A DNA stretch of 64,000 bases, from IMG/VR virus record IMGVR_UViG_641736216_000007. One strand, 5' to 3'. This stretch comes from a virus (Duplodnaviria; Heunggongvirae; Uroviricota; Caudoviricetes). Under the pieces are notes generated by a model that worked only from the letters and a program-made list of their open reading frames with translations, was not told where the DNA came from and made no database searches. This document shows, one piece after another, positions 20,581 to 31,087 of the stretch (position 1 is the stretch's first letter; every line of letters begins with the position of its first letter). The position numbers and the translations under genes are program-made.

Positions 20581-20673
20581 GATATCATTCCTTTCAGCTC
20601 AAATGGCTAATATATTTTAATTATATCATATTAAATAAATAAAGAATAGGACTATTCCTCCCGACCATAGTTA

Positions 20674-21009
20674 TTAAAATAGCCCTATCTCATCCAATGA
20701 ATCATAAATATAATCAAATTCGTCTAAGTCATTAAAATAGTTCTTAAGAACAAACAATGGAATATAATACACAATAGCATTATTATCCTTTATCTGTTTT
20801 ATTACTCTATATTTTTCGCCACCAAAAACAACATATTTTTTCTTCACATTATTATTAGATATATAATATATAACTAAATCATCTTTAACTTGTCTTAATG
20901 GACGTTTATAAGAAGGCATAGAAAAGATGTCTTCTACTTTCAAGCCTTCACCTATACTTTTTTTTAGGATCTTTTTTTCTTTTAATGCTTCAAGTAAATT
21001 GTTTTTCAT
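20674..21009 (-). CDS. Hypothetical protein (111 aa)
   Basis: Intact ORF with no recognisable domain. Confidence 0.4.
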   Translation of the reverse strand: MKNNLLEALKEKKILKKSIGEGLKVEDIFSMPSYKRPLRQVKDDLVIYYISNNNVKKKYVVFGGEKYRVIKQIKDNNAIVYYIPLFVLKNYFNDLDEFDYIYDSLDEIGLF

Positions 21010-21063
21010 TTTGTTTTACCCCAATTTCAATATCTTTAATACAGATATTTTCCTATTTTAAGT

Positions 21064-22602
21064 TTATATCATACTAATTTCTCTCTTATCTTTTTTTAAA
21101 GGTTCTGTAATTAATCCTAATTCTAATAATAACTTTGAATAAGATCCATATTTCTTAACTAAATATTTTATATGAACACCGCTGTCTTTAATATTTTGAA
21201 TAGTTGGGATTTTACCCAAAGATTGCGTCATTTCTAAAATTGCTCTCTTACTTTCTTCCAACTCTATATCTGTATATCTATTTTTTAAAGGCTCTGTAAT
21301 TAATCCTAATTCTAATAATAACTTTGAATAAGATCCATATATATTAATCAAGGAATTTATATGAACTCCATTATCTTTAAGGTTTTGAATAGTTGGGATT
21401 TTACCTAAAGATTGTGTCATTTCTAAAATTATTTTTTTACTTTCTTTTAGTTCTGTATTTGTATACTTACTTCGTTTTGGTAATTTAAGTATTGCTTTTA
21501 TTTCTCTCCAACTACCAAATTTCCTAAAAAATGTAGCAGTTTTTATTCCATATTCCTTAAGTTCACGTATAATTGGGGTTTTATCAAGTATCTGGTAAAC
21601 TTCCATTATTTCTTTCATAGTTTTATCTTTAAATTTTTTATCTTTTTCATCTTTAATAACTTTAGCTTTCTCTACAATAGCTTTCAAGTTAAGAACATCT
21701 ATCATGTTTTCATAACTTCCATAATAAGAAAATAAAATTTTAACTGGAATCTTATAAAAAACAAGACGAGCCATACTTGGTACTTTAATTTTATTTTTTG
21801 TTAATTTTATTATTTCATTATTAAATACTTTTATATCATATTCTTCTATTTTTAATTTTTTATATGCTTCTTTAAGGCTTCCATAAGTCTTTTTTAGTAG
21901 ATTAACATCTATTCCTCTTTTTTTCATAAGGAGCTCAGATGGTACCCTCTTGTATTTATCTTCATTTTTAATGTCTAATATTTCTTTTTTTATTTTTTCT
22001 ATCTTCTCTTCATCAAACTTAGAGACAATTGAATCTAAATTCAATTCTTTTTTTATTTTTTCCCAACTACCCATTACTCTCATTAACTTATTTATTTTTA
22101 TTCCATTTTCCAATAGTTGCTGGTAAGTTGGAATACATTTCTTGTTATTTGTCAAATCTAATATTTTTTCTATTATTCCCTCTATCTCTTTTATATTTGA
22201 TACTTTTTCCAAAAGAATTGCATTTTTATCCTTATTTTTTTCAAGGAAAGGATTTTCTATTACTATATCTGTTTTTAACTTATTCTTTACAGTACTCCAT
22301 TTACCATATTTTTTTATTAAAGGTTTTATATTTATATTATTTTCTTTAAGTTCTTCTCTATTAGGTATTTTACCTAATCTATCTCTTAATTCTTCAACTT
22401 CTTTTAATATGTCTTCTGCATTATTTGTTTTATCTATAAAGCCAAGATTTTCTAAAACTTTATTCCAACTTCCATAAATCTGAAATAATTGTTTTACATC
22501 AGAATTATTTAAATCACTGAAGCTTGGCACATAACCATTTTCACTTATAAAATCATTTATTATATTTTTTGTATATTCTACATATCCACTTGGTACAAAC
22601 AT
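21064..22602 (-). CDS. Homing-endonuclease-associated-repeat (HNH_repeat-like) protein (512 aa)
   Basis: About 8 repeats of the (Y/F)GSW(n)..L..LGL type (YGSWNKVLENLGF, MGSWEKIKKELNL, FGSWREIKAILKL, YGSYSKLLLELGLITEP). Contains a ~190-bp tandem DNA duplication at 21093-21472. Confidence 0.55.
   Translation of the reverse strand: MFVPSGYVEYTKNIINDFISENGYVPSFSDLNNSDVKQLFQIYGSWNKVLENLGFIDKTNNAEDILKEVEELRDRLGKIPNREELKENNINIKPLIKKYGKWSTVKNKLKTDIVIENPFLEKNKDKNAILLEKVSNIKEIEGIIEKILDLTNNKKCIPTYQQLLENGIKINKLMRVMGSWEKIKKELNLDSIVSKFDEEKIEKIKKEILDIKNEDKYKRVPSELLMKKRGIDVNLLKKTYGSLKEAYKKLKIEEYDIKVFNNEIIKLTKNKIKVPSMARLVFYKIPVKILFSYYGSYENMIDVLNLKAIVEKAKVIKDEKDKKFKDKTMKEIMEVYQILDKTPIIRELKEYGIKTATFFRKFGSWREIKAILKLPKRSKYTNTELKESKKIILEMTQSLGKIPTIQNLKDNGVHINSLINIYGSYSKLLLELGLITEPLKNRYTDIELEESKRAILEMTQSLGKIPTIQNIKDSGVHIKYLVKKYGSYSKLLLELGLITEPLKKDKREISMI
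21093..21472. repeat. Two tandem ~190-bp copies inside 21064..22602
   Basis: Unit 21093-21282 is about 90% identical to 21283-21472. It encodes the duplicated block ...SKRAILEMTQSLGKIPTIQN(L/I)KD(N/S)GVHI...YGSYSKLLLELGLITEPLK. Confidence 0.7.
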
Positions 22603-22869
22603 AAAATTTTCCTCCTTTTAATAAACCGTTCACTATTTTTTAATTCGCTTTTAAAATTTATATTCCTAATTTTAAAAAAAATTACCTATTTCGCAACTTA
22701 TTCATTTAAATATATGCATTAATTAAATTTAAATTTACTAAGTATCCAAAACTAATCAATATATACATTTTTATCTTATTCACTAATTATTATACCATAA
22801 CAATGACGAAAAAAATACTTGTAAAATTTTAAAATTTTACAAGTATTTTTTTCACTTTCGTTTTTTATA

Positions 22870-23427
22870 TTAAATTAATTGTAGTTTGTTTATATCATTT
22901 TCTTTTAGAAATAGTTCTATATTCTTATTATATATATATAACATTAGTTTTTTATTCTCTATTTTTGGTACTACAGTAATATCTTTGCTTTCAGAAAACA
23001 TAGTTTTATAAATTTCTGTAGTTTCTACTATTAAATTAATTTTAGCCAATTTTAAGTTTTCTTTATTTGATTTATACATATCCATTAGTGCTATTCTATT
23101 ACTTAAATAAAATTCTAACGCTGGATCTTCAACACATTGTTTCTTATCTTGTTTTACAGCTATTCCTAACATCTCAATTGTTCTATAAATATCATTAAGT
23201 GGTATATTAAACATAGATGAAAGTTCGGCTATTTCATCAACCCCAATTGCCCCTTTCTTTATTTTCTCACTCCAAAACACATTTAATTTATTTTTCTTAC
23301 AACTATCTTCTTTATTTTTATCATCATTAGTCTTAGGCTTAGATTCTATAACTTGAGCAATCAAACAACCAAAATCTTTCATCACTTTCTCTAAAGAAAT
23401 ACTTCCTTCATCATTTATTTTATTCAT
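22870..23427 (-). CDS. Hypothetical protein (185 aa)
   Basis: Intact ORF. Promoter TTGACTATAAACAATAAAAAATG-TATTAT upstream at 23460-23488. Confidence 0.45.
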   Translation of the reverse strand: MNKINDEGSISLEKVMKDFGCLIAQVIESKPKTNDDKNKEDSCKKNKLNVFWSEKIKKGAIGVDEIAELSSMFNIPLNDIYRTIEMLGIAVKQDKKQCVEDPALEFYLSNRIALMDMYKSNKENLKLAKINLIVETTEIYKTMFSESKDITVVPKIENKKLMLYIYNKNIELFLKENDINKLQLI

Positions 23428-23504
23428 AATAATACCTTCCTTTTCATTTTATATTATATATAATACATTTTTTATTGTTTATAGTCAATGTAATGTGTAT
23501 TATT

Positions 23505-24005
23505 TTATAATATTTTTTCCACTTTTCCATTTTTTAAATAAATTATTCTCTGATTATATGAACCTCTAAACTTATAATTAATAGATTTTTTGTCTAAATC
23601 AAACTTTCCATCAACCAAAACATCAATTAATCTAATAACCTCAAAAGATTTTGCTTCTTCATAATTATATCCAGTATATAACCATATATCAAAATTATAT
23701 TCTTTTAATTTTTCTCTAATGTCTTTAATGATGTACTCTAATTCTTCTTTTTGTAAAAGAGGATCTCCTCCACTAAATGTTATTCCTTTATAATAGCCAT
23801 TACATTTTTTATATTTATCTACTATAAAATTGATAACTTCTTCATTTGTGTACATAATACCATTATTTATATCCCAAGTTTCTGGATTATGACAACCTTT
23901 ACATCTATGCTGGCATCCTGCAAGAAATACAACTAATCTTAATCCTGTACCATCAACTATACTTTCAAATATACATTCTTCTTTATTCTTAGCTAAAACA
24001 ATCAT
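23505..24005 (-). CDS. nrdG: Anaerobic ribonucleotide reductase activating protein (radical SAM, NrdG)
   Basis: CxxxCxxC cluster LAGCQHRCKGCHN close to the N-terminus, GITFSGGDPLLQ, and a length of 166 aa typical of NrdG. Confidence 0.8.
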   Translation of the reverse strand: MIVLAKNKEECIFESIVDGTGLRLVVFLAGCQHRCKGCHNPETWDINNGIMYTNEEVINFIVDKYKKCNGYYKGITFSGGDPLLQKEELEYIIKDIREKLKEYNFDIWLYTGYNYEEAKSFEVIRLIDVLVDGKFDLDKKSINYKFRGSYNQRIIYLKNGKVEKIL

Positions 24006-24100
24006 ACTCCTCTCCCCTTATATCATCATTTAATATATTAATACTAATTTTTATATATTATAGGCAATGAACATATTAATAATTCATATAAAAATAATAA

Positions 24101-24140
24101 AATAGCAATTGATTATTATATATAATAGTCAATTGCTATT
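24101..24140. repeat. 40-bp near-perfect palindrome (AATAGCAATTGA-TTATTATATATAATA-GTCAATTGCTATT)
   Basis: 16-bp arms. Lies between the 24146..24934 stop and the nrdG start. Could be a terminator and/or an operator. Confidence 0.5.
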
Positions 24141-24145
24141 TTATT

Positions 24146-24934
24146 TTATATATTAAATTTTTCAACTCCAAAATCACCTTTATTAGAAGCTATTTTAGAA
24201 TTTGAAGCTCCTTGGGTTAAAATTCCCATTTTTAATTCTTCTAACCTACTTGCATTTCCTTTAAAATTTGACTTATTCTCTATTTCAATTCTTCTACATT
24301 CATCTATCCCTTCCATAATTTTTTTATAGGAAGTTTCTAATGAATCTAAACTAATTTGGCTATTGCCTGCTAACTTTGATATTCCAGGAGCTTGTTTAGA
24401 TAAATGCTCAGCATTTTGCATTAGAAAATCATTAGTCATATTTCTAACACTTTCAATATCTTTGTACATTTTTTCTTGTTTTTTCAATACTATCGCATTT
24501 ATTAAACATTGTTTGAAAATAGGTAAAGTAATTATAAAGGAAGATTTTATTGCTCTCATTAAGTCAAAATTTCCTTTTTGCATCTGCTGAAGCATTGGAA
24601 TATTCTGTAAGGATACATTCTCAGCTATTTTTAAATCATAGACCCTTTGTTCTAACATATCTCTATTATTTTTTAAAATATTAATCTTTTGTAAAGATAT
24701 ATTTTCTCCTGAGTTTAATGCTTTTTCTTCTAAACTTGGGATTAATTCATTGTCTAATTTTTCTAAAGCCATTTCGCCAGCTACTATATATTTTTCTAAG
24801 TCTCGATAGTATAGAATATTAGATTCATACAAGTTAGCTAAATTCTTTACTTGCTCTTTTATATCAACTTCATGTTTCTTTAAATCTAAATAAATTTTAT
24901 CAACTTCATTACCAACTGTTGTACATCTATCCAC
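24146..24934 (-). CDS. Coiled-coil protein, possibly toxic-anion-resistance (TelA)-like (262 aa)
   Basis: Alpha-helical. Its GTG start overlaps the upstream ORF's stop by 1 nt. Together with 24934..25290 the length (~380 aa) resembles TelA-family proteins. The family assignment is weak. Confidence 0.3.
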   Translation of the reverse strand: MDRCTTVGNEVDKIYLDLKKHEVDIKEQVKNLANLYESNILYYRDLEKYIVAGEMALEKLDNELIPSLEEKALNSGENISLQKINILKNNRDMLEQRVYDLKIAENVSLQNIPMLQQMQKGNFDLMRAIKSSFIITLPIFKQCLINAIVLKKQEKMYKDIESVRNMTNDFLMQNAEHLSKQAPGISKLAGNSQISLDSLETSYKKIMEGIDECRRIEIENKSNFKGNASRLEELKMGILTQGASNSKIASNKGDFGVEKFNI

Positions 24935-25290
24935 TATATTATCAAAAGAGTTTTGAGCTTTATTAAATACCTTTTTAAAAAAACCTTTTCCTCCTTTTGT
25001 AAGTCTTCTAAGTTAAAACCTTTAAATGTTTTATTTAATTTATTTAATATAAGCCCTATATCTTTTTCTTTTTGGATTTTTTGAGTTGTACTTAAAATTT
25101 CATTAGATAATCTGGAAATCGAATTCGCAGACTTATCTCCAAAGGCTAAAATATTTTCAATGTCACTTATGTCTATTTTAGTCATTATGCATTTCACATC
25201 TTTATCATTTCGTAGATTTAGTTTATATTCTTCTGTAAGTTTTACTGCATACTCATTAACTGATACCTCATTTAAAGCTAAACTTTCCAT
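24934..25290 (-). CDS. Hypothetical protein (118 aa), translationally coupled to 24146..24934
   Basis: Stop TAG overlaps the downstream GTG (TAGTG). Confidence 0.35.
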   Translation of the reverse strand: MESLALNEVSVNEYAVKLTEEYKLNLRNDKDVKCIMTKIDISDIENILAFGDKSANSISRLSNEILSTTQKIQKEKDIGLILNKLNKTFKGFNLEDLQKEEKVFLKRYLIKLKTLLII

Positions 25291-25316
25291 TTTTTTATCC
25301 TCCTTTTAATTATATC

Positions 25317-26144
25317 CTAATTAAAATATTTCATAAAAACTGCTTTTTCTTCTATTACATCTTTATCTATTCCCTTTAATAAAATTTCACATTTTTTTAG
25401 TTTATGAAAATTATTTTCTTCTTCTATAGAAAAACTCTTTTCATTTTGTGCCCTATAATTTAAATCATGAAGCAATTTCACAAATGTTAAAATTGCTTCA
25501 TTCTTAACCTTTATAACTTTTTCTTTTTCATTAAGACTATAATTTCCAGATATTATTTTATTATTTAATTTAACTAATTCCTCTAAATTCAAGAAAGTTT
25601 CAATTATAAGTATATAATACTTATTTTTACAGTTGACCTCTATATCCTCAACATAAGTACGAGTTTTATAATTTAAAATCGACCCATCTAAATTATTAAT
25701 AATAAATTTTTTTATACATAAGAAATCAATAAATTCAAACAAGATTTTTTCTCTATAGTTATTTAGATTATTTATTCCTTTTTTATAATCAGTATTTATA
25801 CAAAATAATCCAAGTATTGGTACTAAATACTTCCACTTAAAACAAATATCTAACTTATCTAATGTTATTCCTATTAAAACTGTTTTATATTCTTCAGTAA
25901 CTTCAATAATCTCTTTATTAATAGCTTTTTTTAATTTTACACAATTCCAAGCTAAAAAAATAAATTGAATAAACCTTGATAAAACTACAATAAAAAAAAT
26001 AAGTAAAGCTAAGTTTGTTGAAAACATTGATACAATCAAAAGGATTATAGAGTCTATCCCTATCCCAATTGATAGAAGTAACGGTCCCTCAATGTTCACA
26101 ATTTTATCCATTATTAGTTCTATTAATATACCTATTACAAACAC
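25317..26144 (-). CDS. Membrane-anchored hypothetical protein (275 aa)
   Basis: The N-terminal ~70 aa are hydrophobic (2 TM). The rest is soluble, with no known domain. Confidence 0.45.
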   Translation of the reverse strand: MFVIGILIELIMDKIVNIEGPLLLSIGIGIDSIILLIVSMFSTNLALLIFFIVVLSRFIQFIFLAWNCVKLKKAINKEIIEVTEEYKTVLIGITLDKLDICFKWKYLVPILGLFCINTDYKKGINNLNNYREKILFEFIDFLCIKKFIINNLDGSILNYKTRTYVEDIEVNCKNKYYILIIETFLNLEELVKLNNKIISGNYSLNEKEKVIKVKNEAILTFVKLLHDLNYRAQNEKSFSIEEENNFHKLKKCEILLKGIDKDVIEEKAVFMKYFN

Positions 26145-26283
26145 ATCCTTACTTTATATAGTCATTTTGTAAATATATTCCTATCATTTTTTGCATAATT
26201 ATATATTTATAGTTATAAATCCTATTTATAACTTACTATTTAATAAAAATTATAGCATTTATATTGTTTATATTCAACATATT

Positions 26284-26826
26284 TTATCTTTTTAGATATA
26301 TTTCAAGTTCCAACAATTTTTCTTTTGTTATTTTTCTTTTCTTATTGATAGAAAAAGCTTTTACATTACTCTCTTTAAAATTATCTGTTATAAATTTCTT
26401 TCTGCTAATTGGCTTTAATACATAATTCTTATCACTTATCTTATTTAGTTCTTTTTTTGCCATTTCAATATCATCAAATAAGTATGCTATATTTTCATGG
26501 CTTCCAGATATCTTATTTAAATGCCTCACAACAAGAAATTTTTTATTTAATTTATCCCAAATAGAATAGATTTTAGATTCATTTATAAACAAATTGTAAA
26601 ATTTAAAATTTTCTTTTTTCAATTGATTTTTATTGACTATATCTTTAACAGCGCCTTTTTTCCCATTTGTTAGCTCAACAATAATTCCTCCTTTTTTATC
26701 TTTTTTTGAAATGATAGTATCTACATACCCCCTTGTTAGTTTCTGCGACTCTTTGTCTTCTTTAGCCACAATTTCGACTAAAAGACCTTTAAATATATTA
26801 TCTAATTTACTTGTATCTACATACAT
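26284..26826 (-). CDS. Hypothetical protein (180 aa)
   Basis: Intact ORF with a Lys-rich N-terminal region. Confidence 0.45.
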   Translation of the reverse strand: MYVDTSKLDNIFKGLLVEIVAKEDKESQKLTRGYVDTIISKKDKKGGIIVELTNGKKGAVKDIVNKNQLKKENFKFYNLFINESKIYSIWDKLNKKFLVVRHLNKISGSHENIAYLFDDIEMAKKELNKISDKNYVLKPISRKKFITDNFKESNVKAFSINKKRKITKEKLLELEIYLKR

Positions 26827-27040
26827 TTATTTATTGCTATTTTATAAATAAATAGCAATATCTCACCTCCAGAACTTTATATTTTTGTTATATCTTATAA
26901 ATTATAAATATCAATTTTATTCTTTATATATGCACTATAAAACATCATATAAATTGAATAAAAAAAAATTATAGACACTATATTATCTAATAATAGTAAA
27001 AGTTTTTTATTTTAAAATTTATAAAAAAGGTGATGATTTT

Positions 27041-27469
27041 ATGTTAAAAGAGCTTAATGAAATATTAAAAAACTCTATTTTAAAAAAATTTCTAATTGAA
27101 ATTTTAAAAAATTATAAGATTATGGTAATAACGAAAGGAGAAAATGGTTATAAATACACATTGTACTCTTATACTGAATTAGAAGGTATTTATATAGAGA
27201 TAAGAGAGGGGATATCTTTTGAATACTTTGAATATTTATCTAAAAATGAACCAACAGAGTGTTTGAATTATTTAATATATAGTAATAATATGTATTACAA
27301 TAATGCAAATTTTAATACACTATATAATCTTATAAAAAAATTTAATCTAAAAGACATCAGCGATTTTTATAAGGTATTTAACTCATATAAAGAAGATGAA
27401 AGTGAAGCCTTAAAAGATTATATGTTATACAATAGCTCTATAAATACATATTTATTAAATAAGATATAA
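27041..27469 (+). CDS. Hypothetical protein (142 aa)
   Basis: Intact ORF. Confidence 0.4.
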   Translation: MLKELNEILKNSILKKFLIEILKNYKIMVITKGENGYKYTLYSYTELEGIYIEIREGISFEYFEYLSKNEPTECLNYLIYSNNMYYNNANFNTLYNLIKKFNLKDISDFYKVFNSYKEDESEALKDYMLYNSSINTYLLNKI

Positions 27470-27502
27470 GTTTTTTTACTTATATCTTATTTAATATTAT
27501 AA

Positions 27503-27802
27503 TCAAAATATATTCTCTATAATTGGGATTATAAATGTAGTATTATTTATCTTTAGCAATTCTATTTTATTCTCTTCCAATAAACTTTTTAACATATACT
27601 TTATAGCTGTTTTAGATACATTTAAGTTTATTGCCAAGTCTTTTATCTTATATTCTGTATAGCCTTCTGCCATATAAAAAATCCTACTTAGCTTTTCTTT
27701 AATAACAATATCACTTTCTTTGTTTAGTATTTCTTTTAATATTATAGAAATGTCACTATTTTTCTTACTGTAATTATATTTTATTAATTCTAATAATTCC
27801 AT
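27503..27802 (-). CDS. Small putative winged-helix DNA-binding protein (99 aa)
   Basis: Segment IKDLAINLNVSKTAIKYMLKSLLEENKIEL resembles an HTH recognition helix region. Confidence 0.3.
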   Translation of the reverse strand: MELLELIKYNYSKKNSDISIILKEILNKESDIVIKEKLSRIFYMAEGYTEYKIKDLAINLNVSKTAIKYMLKSLLEENKIELLKINNTTFIIPIIENIF

Positions 27803-28023
27803 TTATCTAATAATCAATTAAATATAGTTTTAGCAATTCAATTGACTATTTTCCTCCTCTCATTTTTAATACATTTTATTATTAAGTTATTAAATTTATT
27901 CTTTTTTAGTATAAGTAATAATATTAATATTTTAATAGTTACTATTATTCATATATTTATTATATTTTATTTCTATTCTGTTTAAGTATAATAAATATTA
28001 ACTTTGTGTTTGGAGGGAATTAA

Positions 28024-29025
28024 ATGAAAATAAAAAAGAAAATAATTAGTATAATGTCACTAATAATAATTGGAGCTAATCTATTGCCTGGAGTAGCATA
28101 TGCTACTCCAAAAGAAGACTTAGAAGAGAAAATCCAGATATTAAACAGTAATATAACCGATAATCTAATAAAAATTAAAGACTTAGAAGAAAAAATATCC
28201 ATTACAGAAAAAGAAATTTTAGATAAACAGCATAAAATAATAGATGTAAAAAAAGAATATAATACTAAAAAAATCCAACTTGAAATGTGCAATGATTCTA
28301 AATTAAGTAAGTCAATAAAAGGCAATGATTTTAAAGTATTAGAACTGATTTTAAAAAGTGACAGTGTAAGTGAGTTACTACAAAACATAGAACTTTCAAA
28401 GGCTATAATAAAACAAAACAACAAAACTTTAAAACTTTTAAATGTAAAAGAAAAACAACTAAATGAATTACAAGACTCATTAAAGAATGAATCAGAGAAT
28501 TTAAATAAGGATAAAAAGAATTTAAAAAAAGAACAAGAGTCTTTAAATAATTCTAAAAAAGAAGCTGAGCTTGCTTTAAATAATTTAATTCAAGAAGAAA
28601 AAATAAATCAAGTAAATCCAATAGAGTTTAAAGATTTAGATTTTAAACTTCCTGATCCTAATGCAACTCCATCTGAAAAAGCTGAACTATTAATAAATAA
28701 TGCAAAAAAATTTTTAGGTCTATCTTATGTTTGGGGAGGTACAACACCTTCTGGATTTGATTGTTCTGGATTAACACAATATGTTTATAGAAGCATTGGA
28801 ATAAATATACCAAGAGTTGCAAGAGACCAACAATTAGATGGAAAACAAATTAAAATTGATGAACTATTACCAGGAGATCTTATATTTTTTGGATATCCAG
28901 CTCATCATGTTGGCTTTTATATTGGGAACGGAGAATATCTTCATGCTCCTCGAACTGGAGATGTAATAAAAATATCTCAAATCAATTGGAATAAAGTTTC
29001 TTCTGCCACAAGATTTATAGAATAA
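28024..29025 (+). CDS. Secreted NlpC/P60 (C40) cell-wall peptidase with an N-terminal coiled-coil region
   Basis: Signal peptide. C-terminal domain LGLSYVWGGTTPSGFDCSGLTQYVY...GDLIFFG...HHVGFYIGNGEYLHAP carries the Cys-His-His catalytic core. Confidence 0.85.
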   Translation: MKIKKKIISIMSLIIIGANLLPGVAYATPKEDLEEKIQILNSNITDNLIKIKDLEEKISITEKEILDKQHKIIDVKKEYNTKKIQLEMCNDSKLSKSIKGNDFKVLELILKSDSVSELLQNIELSKAIIKQNNKTLKLLNVKEKQLNELQDSLKNESENLNKDKKNLKKEQESLNNSKKEAELALNNLIQEEKINQVNPIEFKDLDFKLPDPNATPSEKAELLINNAKKFLGLSYVWGGTTPSGFDCSGLTQYVYRSIGINIPRVARDQQLDGKQIKIDELLPGDLIFFGYPAHHVGFYIGNGEYLHAPRTGDVIKISQINWNKVSSATRFIE

Positions 29026-29051
29026 TTCATTTTTATTATTTTATTTTTTTG

Positions 29052-29080
29052 TTGACTATATAAAATTTTTTAACTATAAT
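29052..29080 (+). promoter_or_regulatory. Sigma-A-type promoter TTGACT-17-TATAAT
   Basis: Upstream of 29168..29896. Confidence 0.5.
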
Positions 29081-29167
29081 TAATAATATAAGATTAATAG
29101 AACTACAAACTTTTTTAAAATTTAAAATGAATAATTAAATAATAGTAAAGGATACATAGCATTCAAA

Positions 29168-29896
29168 ATGTTAGATTTATTTAAAAACCCAATAGATAAA
29201 AAAAAATTTGACAGTACCAATGAAATTTGGAATGAAATGCACTTTAATTCTCCTGTGAAAATTGGATATACAAGTAAACTTGTTAAAGAAAAAAAATTTT
29301 CAGATAAACTTGATTGGGCTAATTTTTACTTTGAAAGTGGAGAAAAAAGAAAAGAGTTGTTGAAATTAAATCCATATGATAAAAACATAAATCTTAATTA
29401 TGGAAGAACAAAAAAAGAAATTGCTAAAATAGGTTGTTACCTATATAAACATCTTTTGGAAACTGGTAATCCTTTAAAATTAACTAAAGAAGAATGTATG
29501 TTAACAGCTTATTTTCGTATAATTGGAGAGACTTGGAATGGTATAATCTGGAGAGAATCTAATACTAAAGATGTTTTATCAAAAAAGATAACCAATTTAG
29601 GTTATGAAGTTTCTTTAATTGACACACCAAGTGATTTTGATGTTTTATTTGCAGTTGATTATGAAATATACTTTAAAGGTTCTATTGTTTGTGGGATTCA
29701 GATAAAGCCCAAAAGTTATTCTACAAATAACTCTTATTTAAATAAAACAATAAAATTAAACGAAGAAAAGAACCAGAAATATAAAAAAAGATTTAATAGA
29801 GATGTTTATTATGTTTATGCAGAAACATCAGGGATAATTTTAAATGAAAATGTTATTCCAAAAATAATAAAAGATATAAAATCGAATCAGATCTAA
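29168..29896 (+). CDS. Hypothetical protein (242 aa). Possible PD-(D/E)xK-like nuclease fold; weak.
   Basis: DFDVLFAVDYEIYFKGSIVCGIQIK segment. The assignment is speculative. Confidence 0.4.
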   Translation: MLDLFKNPIDKKKFDSTNEIWNEMHFNSPVKIGYTSKLVKEKKFSDKLDWANFYFESGEKRKELLKLNPYDKNINLNYGRTKKEIAKIGCYLYKHLLETGNPLKLTKEECMLTAYFRIIGETWNGIIWRESNTKDVLSKKITNLGYEVSLIDTPSDFDVLFAVDYEIYFKGSIVCGIQIKPKSYSTNNSYLNKTIKLNEEKNQKYKKRFNRDVYYVYAETSGIILNENVIPKIIKDIKSNQI

Positions 29897-30256
29897 TTTT
29901 TTTAATTAGTTTTTTTACTTATAATTTATTTAATATTATATATTAATTTTTTTAATACACGATTAAGACATAATCAAAATTTCAAAAAATCATCACTCTA
30001 TAGTAATAAAATTATAGTTACATATCTATAATATCATGTATAAAGTAAAAATCAGGATACATTTTATGTAATTTTAATTTGCTTACCACTCATACAGAGT
30101 GTTTATATAGATATTAAAAAAGGAATAAATTATTATGTTGCCCCATCCATTTTTAACCTGGATGTTTATGTATATAAGGAGAAGTTAATATATGTTAGAA
30201 CTAAAAAAATATACCAGTTTATATACTTAAATAAGTATAGGCTGGTATATTTTTAT

Positions 30257-31060
30257 TTAATTATATATAATTTGTTTAAATCCAATATTTAGAATAAGTG
30301 TAATAAAATCATTTAGACTTATTTTGTATATCTTTCCTTCACTAAAAATCTTAATATAATCCACTTTTTCTCTCCCAATTAATGTAACTAAACTGTTACA
30401 TAAATGGTCCTTTGGTATGGTTGTTATTGGAAAGTCCTTACTTGAATTATCTATAATTTTATTTTTTTTACAGTAATTCTCTATTTCTTTTTCTTCTAAA
30501 AAAACTCTTATAAATTTTAAATCATTAGAATCTTTAAATATATTATATCTAATTACACAATTTAAAATGTCTTGTGCACATAATGTAGGATGATATATAT
30601 AATATATTTGTCCATTTCTAAACAATATATTATTTAATTTTCTAATAAGATTAATATTTTCGTCTTTAATTAGATCATTATTAAAATTTTCTGTTTTATT
30701 AAAAATATCTAAAATAGAATAATAATATGAATAATAATCTTTTTCTATTTTAGTATTAAAAACTATTCCAGATAGGCCCTTGTAAAATAAATTATTTAAC
30801 AATAATAATAATGCATTTAATTTTATTTCACTAAAGAACATAATTTTATCAATTTTATTATCCAATAAATATTTATTCGCTAAAGTTTCTTCTTCAAATA
30901 GAATTATGCTAATATAATCAGTTGAAGCAATTGGAATTATTACTGGTGAACCTTTTGTCTTAATAAAACTCAACATATAAAATTTATCTAAATTTAAAAT
31001 TTTATCTAATGATTCAGTATAAAAGTTATTATTATCACTAAATATTAATTTCTCTAACAT
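30257..31060 (-). CDS. Hypothetical protein (267 aa)
   Basis: Intact ORF immediately downstream of the PTH2 gene. Terminator hairpin at 30204-30256. Confidence 0.45.
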   Translation of the reverse strand: MLEKLIFSDNNNFYTESLDKILNLDKFYMLSFIKTKGSPVIIPIASTDYISIILFEEETLANKYLLDNKIDKIMFFSEIKLNALLLLLNNLFYKGLSGIVFNTKIEKDYYSYYYSILDIFNKTENFNNDLIKDENINLIRKLNNILFRNGQIYYIYHPTLCAQDILNCVIRYNIFKDSNDLKFIRVFLEEKEIENYCKKNKIIDNSSKDFPITTIPKDHLCNSLVTLIGREKVDYIKIFSEGKIYKISLNDFITLILNIGFKQIIYN

Positions 31061-31087
31061 TAAACATCACCAAACTTTCATGTTATT

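Noticed and set aside
24146-25290. Frameshifted single TelA gene (118 aa + 262 aa)
   Set aside because: The junction is a clean TAGTG stop/start overlap (classic translational coupling), not a homopolymer-associated shift. Kept as two coupled genes, with only weak TelA-like assignment.
30150-30240. Two tiny ORFs (17 and 12 codons) with SDs upstream of the 30204-30256 hairpin, as possible leader peptides
   Set aside because: They lie downstream of, not upstream of, the minus-strand gene they would have to regulate. Most likely a chance occurrence in AT-rich DNA.
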